Positions 1-9,352 of a DNA stretch of 49,395 nt are shown in pieces. The position numbers were made by a program, and so were the translations under genes. The notes beneath the pieces were generated by a model. That model worked only from the letters and a program-made list of their open reading frames with translations, did no database searches and was not told the origin of the DNA. Each line of letters begins with the position of its first letter. Position 1 is the stretch's first letter. The DNA is from Methanothrix sp. (GTDB lineage: Archaea; Halobacteriota; Methanosarcinia; Methanotrichales; Methanotrichaceae): positions 1 to 49,395 of the forward strand of contig DAONDW010000001.1 of the NCBI GenBank assembly GCA_035402785.1, read 5' to 3'.

Positions 1-1
1 A

Positions 2-139
2 GAGGCTGACATCGCATCTCTGATTGAGGAGATTCTGTCGAAGGAAGAGGAATTGGTTGGAGATCAGAAGAAACGAATTCTGGGGTATATCGGCTACGAG
101 TACCTAATCCATTGCTGCAAGAATACGGCCATATGCTGA
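2..139 (+). CDS. 3' end of a hypothetical gene truncated by the window edge (EADIASLIEE...KNTAIC*)
   Basis: Open frame from position 2 to TGA at 137-139, translated by hand. Confidence 0.5.
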   Translation, partial: EADIASLIEEILSKEEELVGDQKKRILGYIGYEYLIHCCKNTAIC

Positions 140-260
140 CAGTTTAGATTAAAACAGGAAAGCCGGTAGCGATAGATGTGCCGGTGGGAGTATTTGGCGA
201 AGGAGTATTGTCTTATTACAGAGTTAATGCTATATACTAAATTCACTTCTTATTAAGAAA

Positions 261-1169
261 ATGTATCTCAAAGAGAACGAAGTCCGCGCCCTGATCCTCA
301 TCACCAGCTCCCAGGAGCCGGTACACCCAAGCGGCCTCCAGAAGGAGCTGGGCCTCTTGAAGGGCTCCATCTCCCGCATCATTACCGGCCTGCAAGATAT
401 TGGCCTGGTGGAGCGGGCGGGAGGCGAGATCCTGTTGGCCGGCACACCACCCGCCGAGGCCTTCAAGCGGCTCTACTACTCTCATCGCGCCTCACCCCTG
501 CCTGAGATCCTCTCTGGCCGACGGGTGGAGCTGCTCGCCCGGCTGGGCCGCTCTCCGATGGGCCTGGAGGCACTGGCTGAGGAGACGGGCATCTCCAGCG
601 ATACAGTCTACTACTATCTTCAGGGCTTCCTGCGCCTGGGGATTACAAGCAGATCCAAAGAGGGCAAAGCCTACCTTTACTCCTTCAACTACATCCTCTG
701 GAGTGAGCTCAAGGACTTCATCACCGCCCTCCAGGAATATCAGGTCCTGCGCCTTGTCCCCAGGGAGGCCCTGCTCATCAAGAGCTACGAGGATAACGTC
801 CTCTTCAAGAGCCTGCGGCAGCAGGACGCAACGCCAACCTCCTTTTCTGCTTATGGGGACTACGGAATCCTGCTGGGCCTGCGGGACCATTACTACACCC
901 TGCCCAAGAGGGAGCTGTCCATGCAAGAGGTCTTCATCCACTCCCTGGATTCCGCGGAGGACTACCGCCAGAGGCTATTTTGCATACTGTTTTACTTGAA
1001 GAACAGAGATGGATTGAAGGACGTTTTGCACCCCATGAAGGAGAGCATCCGGGCGGCCTTGAGGGGAGAGCATATCAAGGGCTATCCCGCAATGGAAGAT
1101 ATAGAAGAGCAGGCGGAGCTTTACGAAATAGACATTAAGCTTACAATTTCGCAAAGGGAGGAAAAATGA
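261..1169 (+). CDS. Tandem winged-HTH transcriptional regulator / putative antitoxin of a nucleotidyltransferase TA module (copy 1)
   Basis: Two wHTH-like segments (LQKELGLLKGSISRII; LAEETGISSDTVYYYL); paralog of 1456-2334; TATA-like TATATAC at 231. Confidence 0.75.
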   Translation: MYLKENEVRALILITSSQEPVHPSGLQKELGLLKGSISRIITGLQDIGLVERAGGEILLAGTPPAEAFKRLYYSHRASPLPEILSGRRVELLARLGRSPMGLEALAEETGISSDTVYYYLQGFLRLGITSRSKEGKAYLYSFNYILWSELKDFITALQEYQVLRLVPREALLIKSYEDNVLFKSLRQQDATPTSFSAYGDYGILLGLRDHYYTLPKRELSMQEVFIHSLDSAEDYRQRLFCILFYLKNRDGLKDVLHPMKESIRAALRGEHIKGYPAMEDIEEQAELYEIDIKLTISQREEK

Positions 1170-1276
1170 GCACTTCAGAGAAGCTTGAAGAAATTAACAG
1201 AATACTAAGAGAAAGCCTAGACAAAGATGATGTTGATCTGATTGATGCAATCTACGAGATACTGAAGCGGATCTAA
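1166..1276 (+). CDS. Small 36-aa hypothetical protein (MSTSEKLEEINRILRESLDKDDVDLIDAIYEILKRI)
   Basis: ATGA overlap with the upstream stop codon; amphipathic helical sequence. Confidence 0.5.
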   Translation: MSTSEKLEEINRILRESLDKDDVDLIDAIYEILKRI

Positions 1277-1289
1277 AGAGCAGAGTTTT

Positions 1290-1352
1290 ATGGAATCCCA
1301 AATATCGAGCCGTGAAGAGGTCGAGAAGATACTGAAAGGCCTGGGCGAGCGC
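1290..1352 (+). pseudogene. N-terminal remnant of a nucleotidyltransferase paralog
   Basis: MESQISSREEVEKILKGLGER resembles the N-terminus of 2318-2983 (DKISRKEDINELFEQLGQV); similarity stops after about 20 codons. Confidence 0.45.
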
Positions 1353-1423
1353 CGCCCTCGCCTCAGTTTCCTGCTCCTTTCCAGTAGCTGCTTTAGGACA
1401 TGTTATCTTGAACCTGGATCACA

Positions 1424-1431
1424 TTTATATA
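1424..1431 (+). promoter_or_regulatory. Archaeal TATA box for a leaderless transcript of 1456-2334
   Basis: TTTATATA about 25 bp upstream of ATG 1456. Confidence 0.55.
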
Positions 1432-1455
1432 CATATTTGACCTAATTTAAAGAGA

Positions 1456-2334
1456 ATGCCTTTAAGCCAGAACGACATCCGAGCGCTCGTCCTCATCACC
1501 GGATCCGAAGAGCCGGTAAACCCCGGCGCCCTCCAGGAGGAGCTGGGGCCTCGCAGGGAGACCGTCTCCCGGCTCATAACTCATCTGGTGGAAATGGGAC
1601 TGGCAGAGCGGAGAGGGCGCGAGGTCGTCCTGGCCGGCACGCCCCCGGCAGAGGCCTTCAAGAAGCTCTACTTCAGCCACCGGGCCTCACCCCTGCATAA
1701 GATCCTCTCCCTGCGGCGGGTGGAGCTGCTCGCCAGGCTGGACCGGACCCCAAAGAACCTGGAGACCCTGGCCCTGGAGACCGGCATTCCCGGTGATACC
1801 CTGTACGGCTATCTGAAGGGCTTTCTCTGGGTGGGCGTGGTCAGCCGGTCGAAGCATGGCAAGGCCTATCTCTTCTCTTTCAACTACACCTTCTGGCCGG
1901 AGCTCAAAGAGTTCGTGACCTCGCTTCAGGAGTACCAGGTCCTGCGCCTCGTACCGCGTGAGGCCCTGCTCATCAAGAGCTACGAGACAAGCGTGCTCTT
2001 CAAGAGCCTACGGCAGCAGGATGCCACGTTCACCTCTTTTTCCGCCTACGAGGATTATGGGATCGAGCTGATGCTGAGGGATTACTACTACACCCTGCCC
2101 AAGAGGGAGCTATCCATCCAAGAGGTCTTCATCCACTCCCTGGACTCGGCTTGGGAGTCCTTCCAGAAGCTTTTTTGCGTGCTGCTCTATCTCAAGAACA
2201 GGGATAAATTGGAGGCTATCGATCATCCCATGATGAAGGACCTGAAAGCAGTGCTGCAGGGCGAGAGGATCAAAGGCTATCCGACCCTGGAAGATATCGA
2301 GGACAGGACGGATCTCTATGATATCAAGCTCTGA
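1456..2334 (+). CDS. Tandem winged-HTH regulator / putative antitoxin (copy 2)
   Basis: Paralog of 261-1169; overlaps the downstream nucleotidyltransferase gene. Confidence 0.78.
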   Translation: MPLSQNDIRALVLITGSEEPVNPGALQEELGPRRETVSRLITHLVEMGLAERRGREVVLAGTPPAEAFKKLYFSHRASPLHKILSLRRVELLARLDRTPKNLETLALETGIPGDTLYGYLKGFLWVGVVSRSKHGKAYLFSFNYTFWPELKEFVTSLQEYQVLRLVPREALLIKSYETSVLFKSLRQQDATFTSFSAYEDYGIELMLRDYYYTLPKRELSIQEVFIHSLDSAWESFQKLFCVLLYLKNRDKLEAIDHPMMKDLKAVLQGERIKGYPTLEDIEDRTDLYDIKL

Positions 2335-2983
2335 CAAGATCTCCCGGAAAGAGGATATTAACGAGCTGTTCGAGCAGCTCGGCCAGGTTCTGGAAGAGAG
2401 GGTCGAGGCCTTGCTTATAGGCGGAGCCGTGATGCTGGAGCTGGGGCTCAAGGACGCCACCAAGGATATCGATGTCGTCTGCCGGAGCGAGGAGGACAAA
2501 GAGAGGCTGCTTGCTGCAGCCAAGGCCCTGGGCTTCGAGATCGTCGGCCCGGAGAAGAGGCATGAGCGGCTGGGCGTCAAGCGGCTGGCAGTGAAGGGCG
2601 GGCGCAATCTGGACATCTTTGCCCAGCGGATCTCTTACGACTTCGACCTCTCCGAGGCTATGTGGCAGAGGGCTACTCGAATCAGGTCCTTCGGCAGCCT
2701 GGTGATCAGGGATGCCTCCCTGGAGGACATCTTCATCATGAAGCTGATCGCCAACCGGCCGGGAGACGCCCCGGACTGCTCCAATCTGGTCATTGCAGGC
2801 CTGGACTATAATGCCGTCTATCGGGAGATAGAGGCGCAATATCGCAAGGCTGGCGAGGCGAAAGAGAAGATCTGGATCAACTATATCGAGGAAGGCATAG
2901 CCCGGCTGCAGGATAACGACCTGACCGTTCCCATAGGCGACAGGATATCCCTCCTGGCCTCAGAGTACCACGAAAAAAGGTAA
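2318..2983 (+). CDS. DUF6036/AbiEii-like nucleotidyltransferase (putative toxin)
   Basis: LIGGAVM...TKDIDVV motif, plus KLIANRPGDAPD matching the K...R.D..D motif of AbiEii-like NTases. Confidence 0.8.
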   Translation: MISSSDKISRKEDINELFEQLGQVLEERVEALLIGGAVMLELGLKDATKDIDVVCRSEEDKERLLAAAKALGFEIVGPEKRHERLGVKRLAVKGGRNLDIFAQRISYDFDLSEAMWQRATRIRSFGSLVIRDASLEDIFIMKLIANRPGDAPDCSNLVIAGLDYNAVYREIEAQYRKAGEAKEKIWINYIEEGIARLQDNDLTVPIGDRISLLASEYHEKR

Positions 2984-3040
2984 AATACGAGGGCGCTCTT
3001 TGGAGATGTCATCGAAGGACCTAAAGGAGATGCAAGAAAC

Positions 3041-3226
3041 ATGACTGAGCAAAATCGCAAGTACGTAAAGAAGGAGATCGGCAAGCTCCTTTCCGAGATC
3101 TGGCGGGTCAAGGGCCTGGCGGAGCAGGAGTACGGGCCGCAGCACCCCATCACCAAGAAGCTCGCCGGGATGCATGCGGATGCACAGGCACTGCTGCAGG
3201 AGAAAACTGGTGCTAGCAATCGATAG
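3041..3226 (+). CDS. Small hypothetical helical protein
   Basis: 61-aa ORF with backbone-like GC-rich codon usage; AAGGAG upstream. Confidence 0.65.
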   Translation: MTEQNRKYVKKEIGKLLSEIWRVKGLAEQEYGPQHPITKKLAGMHADAQALLQEKTGASNR

Positions 3227-3289
3227 ATTCTGCCCAGTTCGCCACTAAATGCAGCCAGCTAAGCGTCATTTCGATGTAGATACAAATTT

Positions 3290-4759
3290 CTAAGACATCC
3301 ATGCTTTACTGATAATGGATATAAATACACCCAAAAACATCCAACCCATAATATCCTCAAATATTACTATGTATCTCCAGGTAGTTGTAGAAGGTTGCCA
3401 AGTCGTAAGGGAATTTGATGTGAAATAAATAAGACAACTAAAATATAATGATTCGATAAAGGATAATCTTTGGCAATAGCCGGCATGAAACGGACAAGGT
3501 ATTATATAAATTCCATTCCAAAGCCGATATATGCAGGCAAAAAAAAGAATAACGATGCCACTGAAATATATTAATCTTTCAGGATATAATCCATATCCGG
3601 ATGAAATGCAAAGAAATATATCTAAATATTTAGTTAAATCAATCCAGCTTTTTCCCTGTTGATTTTCCGTTCTATATTTATAGTAACAATTATTGGCGTC
3701 TTCCAACCAGTTAAGAGCCCTATAATTGTTGACTAGTCCAAAGTATGATCCGCTATTAAATACAAGGTTATTTTTAATTAAGTCCCAAGGCAGATACATA
3801 CGAGTATATGTCATTGCGTTTAAGTAAACATCCCCATCAAATCGAGCAGTCTCAAAGCTGGCTCCGTTATTTATCTGAGACCACTGGAAATAGGTTTGTC
3901 CCGCGAACCAAACCATTTTGAAATTGGCAACTCCTCGAACTTGAGCTCCTTCAAAATCAGCAACATTTTCGAACTTTGCTCCCTCAAAATCGATATTTTT
4001 CTCGAATTGTGCTCTTCCAAAGTCAGCGTATTGGCAAAATTTAGATACCACAAATCGGACATTCTCGCTAAATTGTGCTTTTGCAAAAAAGCTATTTCCA
4101 AAAAAAGAAATATTTTCAAAGTGAGCATCTCCTAGAAACTGAGATCCTCCAAAGAATGAATTTTTTTTAATTTGTGCATTTGAGAAATAAATTTTGTTGC
4201 CGAATTGAGCTGAAGGAAAATATGCATTTTTATCAAATTTAGTACCAAAAAAAAAGACCTTTTCTTTAAATTGGGCGAAGGAAAAATAGGCATTATCTTT
4301 GAACTGAGCATATTGAAAGTATGCGACATCATTGAACTGAGCTCCCACAAAATCAGCGACTTTCAAAAAAACAGTACCTGAAAAATTGACAGGTCCGTTG
4401 AATATATTCCCTGAAAAGTCCACATATCCTAAGATCTTTGAATTAGTAATCACCATTTTCTGGCGATTATTATCAGGCCAATACAGGGAACTTAGGTTTA
4501 AATTGCCTATTATAATAACATTATCTAATCTTAACTCCTTACCTGCTACGATCATCGCGATTACTTCTTCCGCATTTATTGTTGAGATATTTTTTGTGGG
4601 AAATGTATTAAAATTAATTGAAGTATGACTTGACTCGAGTAAATCGATTTCAGGAATTGATATTGCAGCAACTGAGATGCCCTGAGTAGTATTAATGACA
4701 AAGAAAATTACCGCCATTAGCGTCGCTAGCAATCTGAACATCTTATGATTAATAGGCAC
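3290..4759 (-). CDS. Pentapeptide-repeat membrane protein with a C-terminal ion-channel-like two-TM/pore region
   Basis: Signal-peptide-like N-terminus; many A(D/Y)F.xAQF repeats; C-terminal SGYG.YPER, TM helices and LYFS pore-helix-like motif; AT-rich. Confidence 0.8.
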   Translation of the reverse strand: MPINHKMFRLLATLMAVIFFVINTTQGISVAAISIPEIDLLESSHTSINFNTFPTKNISTINAEEVIAMIVAGKELRLDNVIIIGNLNLSSLYWPDNNRQKMVITNSKILGYVDFSGNIFNGPVNFSGTVFLKVADFVGAQFNDVAYFQYAQFKDNAYFSFAQFKEKVFFFGTKFDKNAYFPSAQFGNKIYFSNAQIKKNSFFGGSQFLGDAHFENISFFGNSFFAKAQFSENVRFVVSKFCQYADFGRAQFEKNIDFEGAKFENVADFEGAQVRGVANFKMVWFAGQTYFQWSQINNGASFETARFDGDVYLNAMTYTRMYLPWDLIKNNLVFNSGSYFGLVNNYRALNWLEDANNCYYKYRTENQQGKSWIDLTKYLDIFLCISSGYGLYPERLIYFSGIVILFFACIYRLWNGIYIIPCPFHAGYCQRLSFIESLYFSCLIYFTSNSLTTWQPSTTTWRYIVIFEDIMGWMFLGVFISIISKAWMS

Positions 4760-4854
4760 TAAGTAGGATTTAGATCTTTCAGTTCCATATTAAAGGAGGT
4801 TATTCTTAATTTCACCAAAATATTTTTCTTCAGAGTAGGATAATAAAGGAAATC

Positions 4855-5373
4855 ATGATGGTGAAATTAGAAAAATGGTTTTCCTTAGTTTTGATCTCAT
4901 TAGCATTTGTCTTACCAATATCCGCAAATGGGCCTGTTATAACGTTTTGCAATTCGGCTCCAGAAAATGCAACCGGAAATGTCACAGAAGTTTTAAGCGA
5001 AGGTATGCTCATGATCGAGAACCTAGGGAAAATTAAGCTTGCAGATATTGAAATTCTTGATCCACAAGCTGCTAAGTCCTTTCTTGATCGTACGGTATTA
5101 GGTAAGCGGGTTTATCTCTACTTGGATGAAGTAGAAGATCGCGACCCCACATGGGATGCGGTGGCTTTTCTCTATCATCCAAATGGATCGGTGAACGACT
5201 CAGCGATCATCAATCGCATGTTGGTGGATTTAGATAATGGAAGTGCTGCGAAAAAACAAAACAGCGATTTAAATAACTTCAACCCTGATGCATGGTGGGA
5301 TGATCCGAACACAGAAATAAGCAAAAGGAATTTATTCTATTGTTCGATGATCACAGCAAATTATACAGCCTAG
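4855..5373 (+). CDS. Secreted thermonuclease (SNase)-like protein, probably degenerate
   Basis: Signal peptide; GNVTEV..G...IKLADIE, AKSFL...LGKRVYL..D and INRMLVD match the SNase pattern; catalytic residues not obviously retained. Confidence 0.55.
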   Translation: MMVKLEKWFSLVLISLAFVLPISANGPVITFCNSAPENATGNVTEVLSEGMLMIENLGKIKLADIEILDPQAAKSFLDRTVLGKRVYLYLDEVEDRDPTWDAVAFLYHPNGSVNDSAIINRMLVDLDNGSAAKKQNSDLNNFNPDAWWDDPNTEISKRNLFYCSMITANYTA

Positions 5374-5662
5374 GTCTTGCATCCCTTGGTTCCATTACAA
5401 CTCGAAGTGAAACGGCGACGGCGCACCCGCGCAGTATTGCGTTTAAAAGAATGACTTGGATTTCAGGCCACCTCTTCACAAAGAAATCCGTTAAATTTGA
5501 CCGAAATATACGCCTCTCGTCGATGATTCGAGCTGGCCGAACGGTTTATGCCAGTGCTAGCTCTGGATATCCGCCTACAGACACACCACGATAGGAGCTA
5601 AGCTACGTTTCCCCCAGGGGCTCATGGCCCGTTCTCGGCATTTAAGGCGATGCAAAGATCCA

Positions 5663-5911
5663 CTACATGTCAGGCCCCCGGATAATCCCCGTCTTCCCCT
5701 GCCCTTTCTTCTTCAGCTTCTCCATCAGTCCCGACACCCGCTCCCTGGTCTGCTCAGTAGCTGCCGGGTCTCGCTCGAAGGAGACATTCAGGATATCTCC
5801 TTCCCTGCACCCGTCCGAGAGCTGAGAGATGGGAATGTTGAGCTTTATGCTCTCGTCCCCCAGCAAAAGAACCGCTATTTTGCCTTCGATTCGATCAATA
5901 ACAGCTTTCAT
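5663..5911 (-). CDS. DUF3006 family protein
   Basis: MKAVIDRIEGKIAVLL...EGDIL signature; usual partner downstream of ComEC-like MBL genes. Confidence 0.85.
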   Translation of the reverse strand: MKAVIDRIEGKIAVLLLGDESIKLNIPISQLSDGCREGDILNVSFERDPAATEQTRERVSGLMEKLKKKGQGKTGIIRGPDM

Positions 5912-5921
5912 TTACAGCACC

Positions 5922-7022
5922 TCACGGCGGATGGCATATCCCGCAGGACACGTACCCTCTCGCCCGGGCGTCTGCGGAGCTGGTGAATGTAACCAGGTTT
6001 GAGGGTTTGATTCGTTTTGCCGCGCTGCAGCTCGGATAATGATACTTGTCCGACTTCGATGAGCCCACGAAAGGCCCCTGCGAAACCGTGGATGTATCAG
6101 TGGAGGCAGCAGCCGTTGTGGCGGGCCATGCGACAGCAGAGGCCGTGCTCTTAGGCGCGGTGCCGGTTGTGGTCCAGGATTGCTTCCCGGTAGTTACAGT
6201 GTAAGTCTGCCCGTCAGTGGTTATTACGATGTTGCCGTTGGTATCCGTCCGGTAGACCTTCGTGCCGGTATTCTGCAGGGCGCTCAGGGTCTTCTGTGTC
6301 GGGTGGCCGTAGTCGTTGCCCGCCCCGACTTCAATGATGCTACTGGTAGGCATAACCCTGCTCAAGAAGGCTGGGCTGGAAGCGGAGGAGCTGCCATGGT
6401 GGCCGACCTTCAGGACATCGCTCTTCAAGTCGTATCCGGAGGAGAGGAGGCTATCCTCGGCTACGATGCCGGCGTCTCCCATGAACAAGAAGGAGATCTT
6501 CCCATATACCACCCGAAGGACGATGGAGTTTTGGTTCAGGTCACCCGCAAACAGCGTTGCTGGAGGCGAGAGGACTTCGATCTTGAGGCTGGGGTCGAGA
6601 TCGATGGTCTGACCCCGTTCAGCTACTGCAAAAGGTATGCCCTTCTGATCTATCAGAGACAAGTAGGTATCGAAGGAAGGCGCTGTGTGGGTTTGGCCGC
6701 TGTCCAGGACCTGCCCCACAGTGAAGTCATTGAGAACGGTTAAGAGACCACCGATATGGTCTTCGTGCGGGTGGGTTGCGACCAGGAGAGCAAGGTTTGT
6801 GACCCCATGGCTGCGCAAATAGGACTCAACTCTTCGCCCCATGTCCTGGGTGCTGGCGTCGATGAGAATGTTCTTACCGGCAAATTGGAGCAATTCAGAG
6901 TCTCCCTGGCCGACATCCAAGAAGTGCACGGTGAGATTCTCGCTCGCCGAAACCGAGACGGCAACCAGCAAGAATGCGAGAAAGGCTACTTGCAAGAGCC
7001 GCTTAAGATTGGAATTTTTCAA
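5922..7022 (-). CDS. Secreted ComEC/Rec2-like MBL-fold nuclease with a C-terminal Ada-type metal-binding domain
   Basis: HFLDVGQGD, THPHEDHIGG, KVGHHGS, YGHP motifs; C-terminal KYHYPSC...GYVSCGICHP; signal peptide. Confidence 0.9.
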   Translation of the reverse strand: MKNSNLKRLLQVAFLAFLLVAVSVSASENLTVHFLDVGQGDSELLQFAGKNILIDASTQDMGRRVESYLRSHGVTNLALLVATHPHEDHIGGLLTVLNDFTVGQVLDSGQTHTAPSFDTYLSLIDQKGIPFAVAERGQTIDLDPSLKIEVLSPPATLFAGDLNQNSIVLRVVYGKISFLFMGDAGIVAEDSLLSSGYDLKSDVLKVGHHGSSSASSPAFLSRVMPTSSIIEVGAGNDYGHPTQKTLSALQNTGTKVYRTDTNGNIVITTDGQTYTVTTGKQSWTTTGTAPKSTASAVAWPATTAAASTDTSTVSQGPFVGSSKSDKYHYPSCSAAKRIKPSNLVTFTSSADARARGYVSCGICHPP

Positions 7023-7166
7023 TTTGTTCCCTCAGGCGGCCCCTATATCAGTCTGAGAATATAGCGTTTGAGCTTCAGATCTCATGGTTTTTCAAGTAGA
7101 GATGCGATCCAGGAACCTCAAAGTTGATATCATTTCAGCGTGCAATGACTCTCAGAAGGGAATACC

Positions 7167-7439
7167 ATGGCCGAGAAAGAGATGAGAAACTTCGCCCTGC
7201 GAGATGAGAAAGGCAACGAAATAGGAGCGTTCACTGGCAAAGCGCCCCGCCAGGCGGCCCTGAAAGCGGCAAACCGGGGCTACACGGACATCAAACTCCG
7301 CGAGCGGGGCACGAAAAAGCTGCACGTATTCACAGGCGAGAGGGTGCAGGTGGACAAGCCCAAAGACGGGCCGGCCTGGATGCATGACAAGATCTGGAAG
7401 CCGCAGGTCAAGAAGGTAGGTGTCGAGAAGCTGGAGTAA
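7167..7439 (+). CDS. mc1: Non-histone chromosomal protein MC1
   Basis: RNFALRD...FTGKAPRQAALKAANRG...IKLRERGTKK.HVF...PAWM..KIWKP is the MC1 family signature. Confidence 0.95.
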   Translation: MAEKEMRNFALRDEKGNEIGAFTGKAPRQAALKAANRGYTDIKLRERGTKKLHVFTGERVQVDKPKDGPAWMHDKIWKPQVKKVGVEKLE

Positions 7440-7592
7440 TGCTGAACCATCGCTTTAGAGCTTTTTAAACAGAAGATCCGATACCGAAAGATCAGGCTGC
7501 TTGTGGGGAATATCTGGCAAGTCCCTCACTGCCTCCAGCACCTTTTTCGCTGCCGAGCACCTCTCCGCCCCGGAGGCATCTGTTGCCATCTC
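7249..7592. repeat. Diverged direct repeat, copy 1 of about 345 bp (copy 2 at 9147-9490)
   Basis: The MC1 3' part and the 3' part of the convergent gene align at nucleotide level. Confidence 0.9.
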
Positions 7593-7600
7593 CCCCAAGT
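7455..7600 (-). pseudogene. 5'-truncated paralog of 9353-9601
   Basis: Encodes MATDASGAERCSAAKKVLEAVRDL...SDLLFKKL*; the 5' half is replaced by AT-rich DNA. Confidence 0.75.
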
Positions 7601-7674
7601 CATGAAATACAAAATTAAGTGTTTAATAATAAAAAAGCATATGTGCGTCGGAATAGACTAAAAACTAATATATA

Positions 7675-8628
7675 GTGGTTCGGGAATATCCAGAAAGGAT
7701 CATGACGGCTGAACAATTATTTGATATCACAGAGGAAGAAATTCATGTTCAAATAGCTGAACTTCGATTAGATCGTAAAAAGCTGTATTATGGAATTCTA
7801 GTTGATATGAGTTTCTTGTTGATAGTATTATCTCCAATTTTATATCTTATCTATTTGCTTTTCTTGTTGTTATACCACACACAAATCGAGATCAATTATC
7901 CAGTGACAGATAATATATCCAATTCATCAATCGTATCACCCTCGCCAAAAGGATTAGTAGATTATTTAAAAGATTTTGGTAATGGTTTAGTGTTCTTTTT
8001 TGGCATGATATTATATGTTAGCGTATTATATTCTTTAATTAATGATATTTACGAAAAATGGGCAAAAATTCAAGATTTAAACATAGATCTAATTAGATTA
8101 ATCGAGTTGGAGAGAAGAATAAAGGCCGATCCGACTGCATCATCCATCACAAAGGGATTTTTCAAAGAACTGGTCGGATTGAATATAAGATACCTTAATG
8201 CATATAATGCCATTATCAAAGACCATACTCAAAAAAGCTTCCGGGTTTCGATATGGTCTGGAATCTTTGGTTTTAGTTTAATCCTGTTTGGGCTTTATAT
8301 GGGTTTTGAAGATAAGAGCAACCTTAATAATAATCTTGCGTACCTTTCCGCAGCTTCGGGGATCATTATAGAATTCATCTCTGGTGTATTTTTCTATCTT
8401 TATAACAAAACCGTAAGAGAGTTGAAAGAATACCACAACAGCCTTCTTGATGTCCAAAATATATTGCTATCTTTCAATATTGTGCAAGATTTAGACGGAG
8501 AAATAAAAACGCAGATGTTAAGTAAAATGATTACATCTCTTTTAGGCAGACAAGAATCTTTATTAATCGAAAGAGAGTCTCCATTCTCTGATGTATCGAA
8601 TAGTCCCGTCGAACAACAAAATAGGTGA
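7675..8628 (+). CDS. Four-TM membrane protein with a C-terminal TRADD-N-associated-like two-TM domain
   Basis: Y...I..HTQKSFRVSIWSGIFGF...SAASGIIIEFISGVFFYLYNKT..EL..YH..L pattern; low GC. Confidence 0.65.
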   Translation: MVREYPERIMTAEQLFDITEEEIHVQIAELRLDRKKLYYGILVDMSFLLIVLSPILYLIYLLFLLLYHTQIEINYPVTDNISNSSIVSPSPKGLVDYLKDFGNGLVFFFGMILYVSVLYSLINDIYEKWAKIQDLNIDLIRLIELERRIKADPTASSITKGFFKELVGLNIRYLNAYNAIIKDHTQKSFRVSIWSGIFGFSLILFGLYMGFEDKSNLNNNLAYLSAASGIIIEFISGVFFYLYNKTVRELKEYHNSLLDVQNILLSFNIVQDLDGEIKTQMLSKMITSLLGRQESLLIERESPFSDVSNSPVEQQNR

Positions 8629-8899
8629 AAAGCGGGGACTTCTCTCCACTCACCTCAAGTTGCTTTCTCCAGTCCTGATTCTAAAATTAGCATTTTATTT
8701 TATCCTCTGCACAAGTGTAATCAAAAAGAGCACAATCTACACGTACATGCCTCTGAAATGCTTATGGGTTGAAGGGAAATAATTTGCACGAATTAGGTTC
8801 CGTAATGTGCAGATAATAACTATCTAATGATGGGATAGTTTGATATATAAAATTAAATAATGTATAACTTATATCCTTTCAAGGACTTAGATCCATGCA

Positions 8900-9155
8900 T
8901 CAAACCTTATATCGCTCTGGCCCAAATCCATGTAGATCATACGCCTCCTTCACCAACGCAGGTGCCACCGTGACGTAGATCTCCGTCGTAGATAGCCTCT
9001 TGTGCCCTACTTGCTTCTGTATCATGGGCACCGGCACGCCTGCCATCAGCGCATTAACCACATGGCTATGCCTGAGGATATGAGGCGTGACCTTCCTCCG
9101 GGAGAGCTTCTGCCTGGGCGAGACATCCTAGGTCCCGGCCACTTCTGCCAGGCGG
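8900..9155 (-). pseudogene. Tyrosine recombinase/integrase C-terminal fragment
   Basis: Encodes VTPHILRHSH...IQKQVGHKRLSTTEIY; in-frame TAG near 9128; 5' part missing. Confidence 0.88.
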
Positions 9156-9337
9156 CCCTGAAGGCAGCCAACCGGGGCCACACGGACATCAAACTCCGTG
9201 AGCGGGGCACGAAGAAGGTGCATATATTCACAGGCGGTAGAGTGCAGGTGGACAAGCCCAAGGGCGGGCCGGCCTGGATGCCTGACAAGATCTGGAAGCC
9301 GCAGGTCAAGAAGGTGGGTGTCGAGAAGCTGGAGTAA
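9147..9337 (+). pseudogene. mc1: 5'-truncated MC1 gene fused to the integrase remnant
   Basis: QAALKAANRG...KKVGVEKLE nearly identical to 7167-7439 but lacks the first ~28 codons. Confidence 0.85.
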
Positions 9338-9352
9338 CGCTGAACCATCGCT

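Noticed and set aside
9002-9337. 111-aa 'extended MC1' ORF
   Set aside because: Its N-terminal 48 aa are the antisense reading of the integrase remnant; it is a junction artefact
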